A stretch of 64,000 bases of DNA from Planctomycetota bacterium (lineage in GTDB: Bacteria > Planctomycetota > B15-G4), in NCBI GenBank assembly GCA_965248575.1, contig CBDFJQ010000002.1:2880001-2944000 (forward strand), given 5' to 3'. Position 1 is the stretch's first letter; each line of letters begins with the position of its first letter. The notes under the pieces were generated by a model. That model ran no database searches and was not told where the DNA came from. It was given only the letters and a program-made list of their open reading frames with translations. This document shows positions 10,869 through 20,781 of the stretch, piece by piece. A program made the position numbers and the translations under genes.

Positions 10869-12161
10869 TCAGCTGCCGTCCCTGACCCGAGCCAGCACGC
10901 CGTTCGCGACAGCCACCCCACTCGCGAAGCAGGCCGTAAGCAGATAGCCCCCGGTGGGCGCCTCCCAGTCGAGCATCTCCCCAGCGCAAAACACGCCCGG
11001 TCGAGCACGCAGCTCGAGCTCTGGCGTCAGCGCCTCCCAACGCACGCCGCCCGCCGTGCTGATGGCTTCATCCAATGGGCGCGGCCCGAGCAGGGTGAGG
11101 GGCAAGGCCTTGAGGGCAGCTGCGAATCGCTCCGTGTCGTCGAACAGATCGCGTGGCAACAGCTCATGGATCAAACCGACCTTCGCGCCCTGGAGCCCGA
11201 GGCGCACCCGCAGATGATGGGCCCATGAACGCGACCCGCGCGGGCGAGCGAGCTCGTCGCGCACCTGTTGCAGTGCACTCCCCGGTAGGAGGTCGAGCTG
11301 CACGACAGCCTTGCCCTTCGCCTCGATCTCGTCGCGGGCCAAAGACGACAATGCGTAAACGAGCCCGCCCTCAAGACCTGTCTCGGTGATCATGCACTCG
11401 CCGACCCGGCGGAAGGTCTCGGCACCCCCGTCGAATGCGAGGCCCACCGGCTTCAGCGGCTGCCCGGCGAAGCGCGTACGGAAGTGATCACTCCAACCCG
11501 GCACCAGCTCGGTGTGCGGCGCGGGCTGGTGCCCCACATCGAAGCCACAGTTGGAGGGTCGCAGCGGCGACGTGTCCACACCCTCTTTGCGCAGCAGCGG
11601 CACCCACGCGCCGTCCGAACCGAGCCGCGCCCAGCTCCCGCCACCGAGGGCAAGCAGCACCGCTCGGCACTCGGCTGTCCGCTGCCCATCGGGCGTGTCG
11701 AAGCCCAGCGTGTGCAACCCCCCTGCCGGCGGACCGAAGCCGATCCAACGATGGCGCATGGCAAAGGCCACGCCCTGTTCTCGCAGACGGGCGAGCCAAG
11801 CGCGCAGCAGTGGCGTCGCCTGCATGCCGGTGGGGAAGACGCGCCCCGAGCTGCCGACGAAGGTCTCGACGCCCAGCCCCTCGGCCCAGGCGCGCAACTC
11901 GTCGGCACCGAAGGCTCGCAGCATGGGTTCGAGGGCCGTCCGCGCCGAGCCATAGCGCCCCAAGAACGCGTCCTGCGATTCGCTGTGGGTGAGGTTCAAC
12001 CCGCCTCTCCCCGCCAGCAGGAACTTCAGCCCCACCGCGCGCTTGGCCTCGAAGAGGGTGACGCTCACGCCCGCAGCCGACAGCAGCTCGGCCGCCATCA
12101 GGCCGGCCGGTCCGCCGCCAACGATGGCGACCTCTTGAGCGCGCGGTGTGTCGTCTGGCAT
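10869..12161 (-). CDS. HI0933/BaiN-family flavoprotein (TIGR03862-like)
   Basis: GGGPAG, AGRGGLNLTH, GSSGRVFP, AISTAGGV, GEMLDWEAPTGGYLLT. Confidence 0.9.
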   Translation of the reverse strand: MPDDTPRAQEVAIVGGGPAGLMAAELLSAAGVSVTLFEAKRAVGLKFLLAGRGGLNLTHSESQDAFLGRYGSARTALEPMLRAFGADELRAWAEGLGVETFVGSSGRVFPTGMQATPLLRAWLARLREQGVAFAMRHRWIGFGPPAGGLHTLGFDTPDGQRTAECRAVLLALGGGSWARLGSDGAWVPLLRKEGVDTSPLRPSNCGFDVGHQPAPHTELVPGWSDHFRTRFAGQPLKPVGLAFDGGAETFRRVGECMITETGLEGGLVYALSSLARDEIEAKGKAVVQLDLLPGSALQQVRDELARPRGSRSWAHHLRVRLGLQGAKVGLIHELLPRDLFDDTERFAAALKALPLTLLGPRPLDEAISTAGGVRWEALTPELELRARPGVFCAGEMLDWEAPTGGYLLTACFASGVAVANGVLARVRDGS

Positions 12162-12269
12162 CTGGATCCATCACACGAGAGCCCCGCTTCCCAAGCAGAG
12201 GGCGCGCGATCATCACATCTTGCTCACGATTTTCCCGCACGCGCGTCGAGCTTCTCGGCGCAGGGGCTC

Positions 12270-12923
12270 TCAGGCGGAGGCGCGCACAGGCCTGCGGCTG
12301 GCCTGGACCCAACCCACCAGCACCAACAGGCCCGAAAGCGCGCCCAGCCCGAGCATCCAGGGCACCAGCACCGGGGGCGCCATGTCGCGCAGCGCGAGCA
12401 ACACCACCAGGACAGCCGCGCAGCCCAGGAGATAGCCAGCCTTCTCGATCGCTGGCAGGGGCGCCCGCGCAGCGGCAACCGGCCGCGACGCCGGTGCAAA
12501 CAGCACGGCCTTCACGCGGTCGTAGTCCCAACACACCAGGAACACACTCGCCAACAGCATGAGCAGCGTGATCCAGCGCGTGCCGCCGAAGCCGATCGAC
12601 CAGGTGACCACGGCGATGTTCATGATGATCGGCAAGAACATCACGGCGCCCAGGGTCGACGTGGCGGGGATCAGTAACAGAATGCCCGCCGCCACTTGCC
12701 CGAGCCCCAGGAAGTTCCAATAGAAACCCGTCTGGTAGATGGCTTCGAAGTAGGCACCCACCGGCGACTCCGGCCCGAGCAAGGTGAAGCGGTTGCCGAG
12801 CAGTTTGACCATGCCGGTGGGGATGAAGGCGGCGGCCAACAGGATGCGCGAGAGGACAGCCAGCCTCTGGCAGACCGGCCACCCGCGGGCCGATGCGTGC
12901 AAGCGATCCAGGTATGACTCCAT
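12270..12923 (-). CDS. DoxX-like membrane protein
   Basis: Several TM helices; RILLAAAFIPTGMVKLLGNRF...YWNFLGLGQV pattern. Confidence 0.65.
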   Translation of the reverse strand: MESYLDRLHASARGWPVCQRLAVLSRILLAAAFIPTGMVKLLGNRFTLLGPESPVGAYFEAIYQTGFYWNFLGLGQVAAGILLLIPATSTLGAVMFLPIIMNIAVVTWSIGFGGTRWITLLMLLASVFLVCWDYDRVKAVLFAPASRPVAAARAPLPAIEKAGYLLGCAAVLVVLLALRDMAPPVLVPWMLGLGALSGLLVLVGWVQASRRPVRASA

Positions 12924-13014
12924 GGGCTCTCTCCGTGCGGCCAGGCGAGCCCTGAGCAAACGCCCGATCTCCGGGATCGGCAAGTGAAGGAACAACGGCC
13001 TTTGGCCCAGTCCC

Positions 13015-13281
13015 TCAGCCGAAGCGCTTCGCCGAACGGGCCCGGGCCTTGGCTGCCTCCTGCTCGCGGTCCTTCGCGGGCGCGGCCGTCACCAGACTCC
13101 CGAGCAGGTCGTGGACCACGGCTTCGACACGATCGACGGCCAGCTCGAAGGCCTCCTCATTGGCCTGGGACGGCTTGCTCGCCCCGCTGATCTTGCGCAC
13201 GAATTGGACCGAGGCGGCGCGCACCTCATCGGCCGTCGCCGGGGGATCAAAGTTGAAGAGCGTCCGGATGTTGCGGCACAT
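13015..13281 (-). CDS. DUF2277-family protein
   Basis: MCRNIRTLFNFDPPAT..EVRAAS.QFVRKISG signature. Confidence 0.85.
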   Translation of the reverse strand: MCRNIRTLFNFDPPATADEVRAASVQFVRKISGASKPSQANEEAFELAVDRVEAVVHDLLGSLVTAAPAKDREQEAAKARARSAKRFG

Positions 13282-13347
13282 GGGGTCCTCCAGGTCGCGG
13301 GGCGACGTTGGAGGATAACCCCATGGCCGGGGCGTGCTGCCGCTGGT

Positions 13348-14922
13348 TCAGGGTGCGCCCAAGACCTGCACCACGAGTGTCTCCTCGGTCGAGCGCCCGG
13401 TGTACTTGTTGAGGGCCTTGAACGTGAGCGTGGCGAAGCCGGGGTCCGCAGTGACCGGGAGCACGATGAGTCGGCTGAGCTCGAGGAGTTCGGCACCTTG
13501 CAGGCTCTGCTCGAAACCAAAGACCGCCTCCGAACCCCAAGAGGTCGGCACGCCCTCCACAGTCACGGAGATGGGCCGCCATGGGCAGTGCTGCGAGTCT
13601 CCATTGAGCAGGGTCAGGGTGTAGGGCACCGCCTGGCCAGCCACCACCTGCAAGCTGCCCGGTGTCAGGGTGAGCACGGGATCGCCGTACGCACAGGGGA
13701 GAATCGCACCCGGAGTGATGGTGACCTCTGCGAACCCTGGGCCGGAGCCACCCACCTGCACGACACGAGTTGTTGAGATCGTCGTGCCTGTCGAGGGGTC
13801 CACGTACACGGCGGGCACCGGGCCCACCGGCACGAAGGGTGCATCGACGAGGCTGCCGGTGCGAGGTTCCGAATCCACCAGGTACGTCCTACCAAGGCGG
13901 TTGTAGCCCGGACCCAAGCGGATCGTGGTGCCCAGGGCGATGGGCTCGCTGAGCATGAAGTTGTCGAAGACCGAAGGCTGCCGAAACTCGACGTAATAGA
14001 ACTGCTCCCGTCCGAACGGTCCATCCACACGGGGCAGCCGCAGCACCTTGGTGGCGCTGGACGCCAGACCCAAGGGATCCAGGGTGAAGGACTGAGTCCC
14101 CCCGTTGGGGTCGACATGAATCGTGTCGGACTCCTCCAACCAACCCGCCTGGCCGCGCTTCTGCTGGTTGTAGCCCATGCTCCCCCTGAGGCCCATGACG
14201 TCAAAGAGGTCGCCGTACTCCAGGCGACTGCAATCGTCCGTCAACGACGGCCCCTGGCAACACAGGGACGAGGAGTGCGCCAGGCCAAGAGCGTGACCCA
14301 TCTCGTGCGTGGTCGCCCTCAGCGAGAAGTTGCCCATGAAGGCGCCCGGCGGGTCGAGCGTCGGTTCGCCCTTGCTGGGGCAGGGGCCCTTGGTCGAGTA
14401 GGCGATGAGGTCGTAGTTATCGGCACTGAATCCAATGCCCTGGGCCTCCAGTTCCGTCTGCGCCGCCAGTGCCCAAAACTGCCGGTCACAGGGTGTCGTC
14501 GGAAAGTTGATTGGGACAGGGCCGAACACGTCGCCGTCGACGTTCAGATGGCCCGAGATGGAGAACTCCCCGTAGGACATGTCCTGCCAGAAGGCGTTGG
14601 TGGAGTCACTGTTCGTGAAGACCTGTTTCCGGATGGCATTCCTCGCCGGCCCCGGGTCCGTCCCAACCGGGAGGTAGGGCGCCCCAGTCAGGCTGATCAG
14701 GATGACCGCCATCTTCTTGGGCTCTTCCCACTTCGGGGGGCTTCTTGGGGGGTTGCCGTCATCCGGGGGGACGAGCCCTTGGATGTAGAGCTCTGGCACC
14801 GGAGTGCCCAGGGGCGCGACGTCCTGTGCCCCAAGGGCACTGGCGGCAAACGCTGCCATCAGCGCTGCCTGAACGAGAAGCAAGGAGGTTCGTCCGGCGG
14901 GTCGACACACGGCTTTCTGCAT
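13348..14922 (-). CDS. Secreted M11/M6-like zinc metallopeptidase with C-terminal Ig-like domain
   Basis: Signal peptide; HEMGHALGLAH; EYGDLFDVMG Met-turn; YYVEFRQ. Confidence 0.8.
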   Translation of the reverse strand: MQKAVCRPAGRTSLLLVQAALMAAFAASALGAQDVAPLGTPVPELYIQGLVPPDDGNPPRSPPKWEEPKKMAVILISLTGAPYLPVGTDPGPARNAIRKQVFTNSDSTNAFWQDMSYGEFSISGHLNVDGDVFGPVPINFPTTPCDRQFWALAAQTELEAQGIGFSADNYDLIAYSTKGPCPSKGEPTLDPPGAFMGNFSLRATTHEMGHALGLAHSSSLCCQGPSLTDDCSRLEYGDLFDVMGLRGSMGYNQQKRGQAGWLEESDTIHVDPNGGTQSFTLDPLGLASSATKVLRLPRVDGPFGREQFYYVEFRQPSVFDNFMLSEPIALGTTIRLGPGYNRLGRTYLVDSEPRTGSLVDAPFVPVGPVPAVYVDPSTGTTISTTRVVQVGGSGPGFAEVTITPGAILPCAYGDPVLTLTPGSLQVVAGQAVPYTLTLLNGDSQHCPWRPISVTVEGVPTSWGSEAVFGFEQSLQGAELLELSRLIVLPVTADPGFATLTFKALNKYTGRSTEETLVVQVLGAP

Positions 14923-15410
14923 GGCTTGGGTTCCTTACTGGAGGTGGGGAGACTCCGGGTCACGCATCCCCAGCCCGAGGCCGCGGAGCGTCGCCCTGCC
15001 TTGGGGGTGTCGGTGGAGCAGCTCGGAGTTCAGAGAATTCTGAACACCTCCCGGGAACCCACAGCTCGCCTTCCGCACGGAACCTGTCATCCTCCGCGGC
15101 CCATCGGCGGCCCATCGGCGGGCGCTCGAAGCGTCGCGACAGGCGTACGAGTTGGAAGCCGGTGAAAACGCCTTGAACACCCTGGGCATCACCCGCTATC
15201 GCGGTGGTAGGTGCGCGGTGTCCGCCTGTCTGTGACACGCCTTCGAGTCAGCGGTGTTCACCGATTCACTCAGGAAGGGCAAACGGGCCGGGTGTGTCGC
15301 GCAATGTACTTTGGGCGGAGCACTAGGTAGCCGTGAGAGCGCATGGGTGACCTGCATTGGGCGATGGCCAGTTTGACGTGAGCCACACTGAGCCTGCCCT
15401 ACCTCTCACT

Positions 15411-16271
15411 TCATGGCGCCGCGTACTTCAGGTCCCATCCCTTGGACGCGTAGCTCGAGAAGAATCCGCCGTACAGCAAGCTCTCGGTGAACTCCACCTG
15501 TCCATCGAGATCACTGTCTCTGAAGATGGAGACCGTGTAAGGCTCTACGAATGCCGAGAGAGGCTCCCACTTTCGGCGCGGTTGCGAGTAGATCACGAAT
15601 CCGTGCATCGTATTCATGCCCACCCAAAGCGAGTGATGATCTGCCAACTGCTGCATCACGCTGGACGAGTACAGCAATGAGAGTGACGTCGTCGAGAAGT
15701 CGAACGCCCAAATGGAGCGAGGGCTGTCCCCCGCAAGTATCCAGAGCGTATTCGCGAATGGATTCGTGGCGAGATCGTAGATGGGCCCAAGCGTCGTCGA
15801 TGAGTAGACGACAGTCTTCGCGATGACAGGCAACGTCAGTTCAGAGCTGGGAGGGCCACCGTTTGGGTTCGGGACGGAAGCGATCGAGAAGGGAGTCTGA
15901 AACACCCATTCCTCGATGAGGCACGAACCCGTTCGCTCCGACCAGCCAGCAACATAGAGCGTGTCAGAGAAGCCGGCCTTCTTGCAGACGGCCGTGGGCT
16001 GGTAACTCACGGTCTCGAAGGAGGAGTCGCCGTTCGCGGTGGCACCATTGGCTTTGAAGTACCACTTGAAGTTGATCTCCTTGCTACTGCGGTTCCGGAA
16101 TTTGACATCGACCCAGACATCGTTTCCGCCACTTCCATCCGTGAGGTAGAGCCTGTCCGCGATGGTGTGCCCGAAGTTCGAGTGAAACTCTTCAGGCAAC
16201 GGGACTATGGAAGCAAGTGCCGCAGGAAACGCGCAGGGAAGAGCGAGTAGGCACATCATCAGTTTCATCAT
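15411..16271 (-). CDS. Unknown secreted protein (lower-GC island)
   Basis: Long ORF with signal peptide MMKLMMCLLALPCAFPAALA; starts 11 nt after the stop of the upstream gene. Confidence 0.65.
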   Translation of the reverse strand: MMKLMMCLLALPCAFPAALASIVPLPEEFHSNFGHTIADRLYLTDGSGGNDVWVDVKFRNRSSKEINFKWYFKANGATANGDSSFETVSYQPTAVCKKAGFSDTLYVAGWSERTGSCLIEEWVFQTPFSIASVPNPNGGPPSSELTLPVIAKTVVYSSTTLGPIYDLATNPFANTLWILAGDSPRSIWAFDFSTTSLSLLYSSSVMQQLADHHSLWVGMNTMHGFVIYSQPRRKWEPLSAFVEPYTVSIFRDSDLDGQVEFTESLLYGGFFSSYASKGWDLKYAAP

Positions 16272-16282
16272 CGATCTGCCGC

Positions 16283-17032
16283 TCAACAGTTGCATGTCGA
16301 CCCCGGGCAGCCACCCCAATCAGATGGCATGGGCATGAGCCCGCATGTGCCGTTCTTCTTGTCGCACTCGGTAGAATTATCGACACAATCCTTCACGGTT
16401 TCTGAGAACTTCTCCCGCAATTTCTTGACCTTCGCGCTGTTCGGAGGGGCCCCGTCGCCGATGCAATCACACACTGCCTGGCAAACTCCGAGCGCCTCCC
16501 CCGCGAAAGCGTACGCCTCGTCGCATGGACCGAAATCTGCCGTTCCCGAGCTATGACAGCTGGCCAGAGCCGCGTAGTACAAAGGGTCCGTGGCATACAC
16601 GGACCAGAAGTGTTCGGACCACTTGATGTGCGCGAGCTCATGAAGGATCACAGCCAAGGTCTCGACCTGGAAGTGCAGGGACCCTGTGTAGCCTGCCGTG
16701 AGCTCGGAGTTGAGAGCAATCGAGGGAATGATGTCGGCAGAAGTCACCCCTCCCCACCCTTGAAGTTCAGGGCTCTCCAGAGGACTAAACTCCCAAAGAA
16801 CATGCCCATCGAGCGTCGGAGGGGGGCCGAGCTGAACGTCAAATGCGGCCCCGAATGCCGCATTGACTTCAGTGACCATGCTCATCAAATATCCGCCAGT
16901 CGCCTGAGTCATCGGCTGCATATAGTACCCGAGCAACCCGAAGTTTGGAGGCTGAGGTTGAGCCGCGACTGAACTCGAGAGTACGACGAGGCCTATCAAA
17001 GCACCCCACAGCTGCCCACCGACAACTCGCAT
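16283..17032 (-). CDS. Secreted HExxH protein with Cys-rich C-terminus (putative zincin)
   Basis: Signal peptide; VILHELAH plus a downstream Glu (CDEAYA); many Cys in the last ~90 aa. Confidence 0.65.
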   Translation of the reverse strand: MRVVGGQLWGALIGLVVLSSSVAAQPQPPNFGLLGYYMQPMTQATGGYLMSMVTEVNAAFGAAFDVQLGPPPTLDGHVLWEFSPLESPELQGWGGVTSADIIPSIALNSELTAGYTGSLHFQVETLAVILHELAHIKWSEHFWSVYATDPLYYAALASCHSSGTADFGPCDEAYAFAGEALGVCQAVCDCIGDGAPPNSAKVKKLREKFSETVKDCVDNSTECDKKNGTCGLMPMPSDWGGCPGSTCNC

Positions 17033-17076
17033 CCTTGCCCCCTTCTGTCGTGCCTGACGCCCCTTGTCCGTGCCGG

Positions 17077-17104
17077 ATCGTACACGTCACTTGTCAGATG
17101 TCAA
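17077..17104 (-). promoter_or_regulatory. Sigma70-like promoter for the 17032 gene
   Basis: Minus strand reads TTGACA-16 nt-TACGAT, about 45 nt upstream of the ATG. Confidence 0.5.
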
Positions 17105-17142
17105 TGCCAGCGGCCACCACAGCCCCCAGTCTCATGCTCACA

Positions 17143-17163
17143 TTGAACTCAACTTGAACTCAA
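17143..17163. repeat. Tandem TTGAACTCAA x2 (each TTGA-N2-TCAA palindrome), 11-nt period; possible operator
   Basis: Read directly from the sequence; lies upstream of the -35 element. Confidence 0.45.
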
Positions 17164-17372
17164 TCAGCGGAGCGCGAGAGGGCTAATCATTCGCCAGCCG
17201 GCTCGTGCTCCTCGCGCCGCATGGGAGACCCTCTCGACTTGCCGCATATCAGATGAGCCAGCATCGGTCCAAGCCAACCAAACTCATGAATGTGAAACTC
17301 GCTGTCGCTGTTTAAGCGCGACTGGTACGAGCCATGCAACACCACGAGCTCTCTAGTTTCCAACAACTCGGA

Positions 17373-17400
17373 TATTCGCGCTCAGGTATTCGCGCTCAGG
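17373..17400. repeat. Perfect 14-nt tandem duplication TATTCGCGCTCAGG
   Basis: Copies at 17373-17386 and 17387-17400. Confidence 0.7.
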
Positions 17401-17429
17401 CGGATACGCCTTTACAGACGACTGAGCAT

Positions 17430-19433
17430 CTACGTCACCCCAACGCCCACTCGAAACATCCCCGGGCTGTAAGACACGATCCGCCCCTCGATCGCGCTCG
17501 CCGCCACCGTCAACGGTGACGCGAGGTAGAGCTTCCCAGGCCCACTGCGCCCCTGGAAGTTGCGGTTGATGGCAGACACCGTCACTTGCTCGGTCGTCTC
17601 ACTCACTCCCGGGCCGCAGCCGATGCAGGCGCCGCAGCCGGGGTTGATGATCTTGGCACCGGCTTTCTTAAAGGTTTCCAGCCAGCCCTTGGCTTCCGCC
17701 ACTTCGGCGGTGACCTTGCTGCCGAACTGCACGTAGAAGTCCACGCCTTCGGCCACGCTGCGGCCGTTGGCCACGGCCTCTTCCATGACGCGGGCGTACA
17801 TGGCGAAGTCGTCCACCTTGCCCGCCGTGCACGAACCGCCGTAGGCGATGTCGATGGCCACGCTGCCCAGGCCCGAGACCAGGGCGCCGTTGGTGGGGTC
17901 GGAGGGGATGCCCGCATCCGGGTCACCGGGCGTCGCCACCATGGGGTAGATGGTGGCGAGGTCGATGGTGTGCACGCCGCCGTCGTAGACCGCGCCTTCA
18001 TCGGGGGCGGTGAGGGCAGCCACCAACTCTTCGCGCGAGCGAGCGCCCGTATTGGTACCGGGGCGGTTCTCGAGGATCCAATCCACAAGTGCTTCGTCGC
18101 CCTCGCAGATGCCGGACTTGGCGACGCACTCCGTGGCCATGTTGGCCAGGGTCGCGCGCTCGTCCATGGACAGTTTCAACAGGCCGGGCCCGCCGAACTC
18201 CATGATGCGGTCGAGGGTCACCTCGTGCCGGGCGTACTCGTGCAGGATGTGCAGGATCACGTCCTTGGCGGTGCTGCCCTCGGGCAACTCGCCGGTCAGC
18301 TCGAAGCGCACCGACTCCGGCACCTTCACGAAGGTCGCACCCGAGATGATCAGCGCCGCGTACTCCGTGGCGCCCACGCCGTAGGTCAGCGCGTTGTTGC
18401 CGCCGCCCATGCATGTGTGACTGTCGGTGGCTTGGATGAAGTCGCCGGGGTCGACGAAATCGCGCCGGGCGATCTCATGGCAGATGCCGGGGCTGATGCC
18501 GTCGCGTGACTGATAGTCACGCACACCCGTGTGCTCCAAGAAGGCCGTCTGCAGGGTGCGCAGAGTCTGGATCTTGTCCGCGAAGGGTGCCATCTTCGTC
18601 ACGCCGTCGGCGTACAGCAGGTGGTCCTCGAAGACTGCGAACTTGCTGGCGTCGGGGATGGTGTAGCCCTCACCGAACTCTTGCTGCAGGAAGTGATGCA
18701 CCTGCGCCGTGGTGAACTCGTGGCTGTAGCCGCCGTCCACCTTGACCATGATGGCGTCGCCGGGCTTCACCGCACTGCCCTCGCCCACGAGATGCTTGGT
18801 GAGCATCTTCTCGCCCATGGTCATGGGGCGCGCCGCGGTCGCGGGCGCCGGCACCGTCACGCTGCCGTCCATGAGCCCCTTGGAGAAGGGGAACAAGCCG
18901 CCCATCTCGAGGATCTTGCGCGTCACCGGGTCGTAGCTGCCGGTGAACTCATCGAGCGGGATCTCCTCCCCGTTCTGCAAGCGCTTGAGCTGATCGTGGT
19001 CGCCCATGATCTGCCCGAGGTTGATGTTGTTGCGCTCGTGAATCGGCGCGAAGGAGGCCGCGATCACGAGGCTGATGCCGCACCACTTCTCGCACTGGGG
19101 CGCCGTCTCGCGCGAACTGCCCGTGCCCTTGCGGAAGCCCGACACGATCACGCCGAAGTTGCCATCCAGCAGGCCCCGCTCGCGCACCACCCGCTCGCCG
19201 TCCTTCATCAAACCGGCGTAGGCGTTGAGGGCGATGTCCTCCGGCCGATGGTTGAAGCAGACCCAGGCCGGCGTCATGGCATCGGTGTTCACATCATCCA
19301 GCAGGTCCTCGACGCTCAGGTCCTCCATGCGGAGGTCCAGCCCGTCTTCGATCTGCTGCTTGATGAGGTCGAGGTCCTTGGTGAGGAACAGGACGCGCTT
19401 GCCCGGCTCCAACTTCACGGTGCGAGATGTCAT
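17430..19433 (-). CDS. Aconitase-family hydro-lyase; swivel (LeuD-like) domain fused N-terminal to the 4Fe-4S (LeuC-like) domain
   Basis: DVNTD and GTGSSRE (swivel); GICHE, TDSHT, GSCTAG, GCGACIG and NRNFQGR (large domain). Confidence 0.85.
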   Translation of the reverse strand: MTSRTVKLEPGKRVLFLTKDLDLIKQQIEDGLDLRMEDLSVEDLLDDVNTDAMTPAWVCFNHRPEDIALNAYAGLMKDGERVVRERGLLDGNFGVIVSGFRKGTGSSRETAPQCEKWCGISLVIAASFAPIHERNNINLGQIMGDHDQLKRLQNGEEIPLDEFTGSYDPVTRKILEMGGLFPFSKGLMDGSVTVPAPATAARPMTMGEKMLTKHLVGEGSAVKPGDAIMVKVDGGYSHEFTTAQVHHFLQQEFGEGYTIPDASKFAVFEDHLLYADGVTKMAPFADKIQTLRTLQTAFLEHTGVRDYQSRDGISPGICHEIARRDFVDPGDFIQATDSHTCMGGGNNALTYGVGATEYAALIISGATFVKVPESVRFELTGELPEGSTAKDVILHILHEYARHEVTLDRIMEFGGPGLLKLSMDERATLANMATECVAKSGICEGDEALVDWILENRPGTNTGARSREELVAALTAPDEGAVYDGGVHTIDLATIYPMVATPGDPDAGIPSDPTNGALVSGLGSVAIDIAYGGSCTAGKVDDFAMYARVMEEAVANGRSVAEGVDFYVQFGSKVTAEVAEAKGWLETFKKAGAKIINPGCGACIGCGPGVSETTEQVTVSAINRNFQGRSGPGKLYLASPLTVAASAIEGRIVSYSPGMFRVGVGVT

Positions 19434-19443
19434 GGGGTGTGGC

Positions 19444-20649
19444 TCAGACGCGCTGGATGAGCATCGCGATGCCCTGGCCGCCGCCGATGCAGGCGGAGGC
19501 CATGCCGTAGGTCTTGCCGCGGCGCTCGAGCTCGTGCACCAGGGTCAGCAGCAGGCGCGAGCCCGTGGCACCGAGCGGGTGGCCCAGAGCGATGGCGCCG
19601 CCGTTCACGTTGACCTTCTCGCGATCGATCTCGAGTTCCTTCTCCACCGCCAGGTACTGGGCGCTGAAGGCCTCGTTGATCTCGAACAGGTCCACGTCGT
19701 CGAGGGCGACACCCGCCTTGTCGAGCGTGTTGCGGATGGCCGGGGCCGGGCCGATGCCCATCTCCGACGGCTCCACACCCACCGTGTCCCAGGCGACGAT
19801 CTTGGCGCGCGGCTTCCAACCGTTGGCCTTCGCGATCTCCCCCGTGCTGATCATCAGGGCGGCGGCACCGTCCACGATTCCGGACGCGTTGCCTGCGGTG
19901 ACCGTGCCGTCCTTGCCGAAGGCAGGGCGCAGCTTCTGCAGGCCCTCGATGGTGCTGTCGGGCTTGATGTGGTCGTCCGTGTCGACGACGCCCACGACCT
20001 TGTCGCGCTTGACGATCTCGACCGGCACGATCTCCTCAGCGAAGGCACCGCTCTGAACGGCCGCTGCGCCCAGCTGGTGGCTGCGCAAGGCGAAGGCGTC
20101 CTGCTCTTCGCGCGAGATGCCGTACTTGGTGCCGAGCTTCTCGGCCGTCTGGGCCATGAACAAACCACACATGGGGTCCTGCAGCGAACCCATCAGCTGG
20201 TCCTGCAGCTCCCACTTCATGCCCAGGCGGTAACCGGCGCGCCCGTTCCACAACACGTGCGGGCTCTGGCTCATGCTCTCGGTGCCACCGGCCAACACGG
20301 TCTTCGCTTCGCCCGCCATGATCAGATGGCAACCGCTGATGACCGACTGCACACCCGAGCCGCACAGGCGGTTCACGGTGAGGGCCGGCTTGTCGATGGG
20401 GATGCCCGCCTTGAGCTGGATGTTTCGCGCGCCGTAGAGGGCGTCGGCCGAGGTGTAGAGCACGTTGCCGAAGACCGTGTGATCCACCTGCTCAGGCTTC
20501 ACACCCGAGCGTTCCATGGCAGCGATGGAGGCTTTGGCGCCGAGGTCCAGCGCGGAGAAACCGGCCAACTTGCCGAAGCCGGGCGTTCCGACGTACTCCG
20601 CCATGGGAGTGCGGGCGCCACCAAGGATCACGATGTCGTGGGAAGTCAT
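19444..20649 (-). CDS. Acetyl-CoA C-acyltransferase (thiolase)
   Basis: NRLCGSG, NEAF, GHPLGATG, CIGGGQG. Confidence 0.95.
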   Translation of the reverse strand: MTSHDIVILGGARTPMAEYVGTPGFGKLAGFSALDLGAKASIAAMERSGVKPEQVDHTVFGNVLYTSADALYGARNIQLKAGIPIDKPALTVNRLCGSGVQSVISGCHLIMAGEAKTVLAGGTESMSQSPHVLWNGRAGYRLGMKWELQDQLMGSLQDPMCGLFMAQTAEKLGTKYGISREEQDAFALRSHQLGAAAVQSGAFAEEIVPVEIVKRDKVVGVVDTDDHIKPDSTIEGLQKLRPAFGKDGTVTAGNASGIVDGAAALMISTGEIAKANGWKPRAKIVAWDTVGVEPSEMGIGPAPAIRNTLDKAGVALDDVDLFEINEAFSAQYLAVEKELEIDREKVNVNGGAIALGHPLGATGSRLLLTLVHELERRGKTYGMASACIGGGQGIAMLIQRV

Positions 20650-20781
20650 GAACGAGCTTTCTGTTGAAGGGGTTGTTGAATCGAACTGTCCGCGGGCGCG
20701 AGTTGGAGGCCGCGCGGGGCTCCGTCATGCAAACCGCGCAGCCAGCGCGGGGCGACAGAGCAGAGAGATGTCAGGAAAGAG

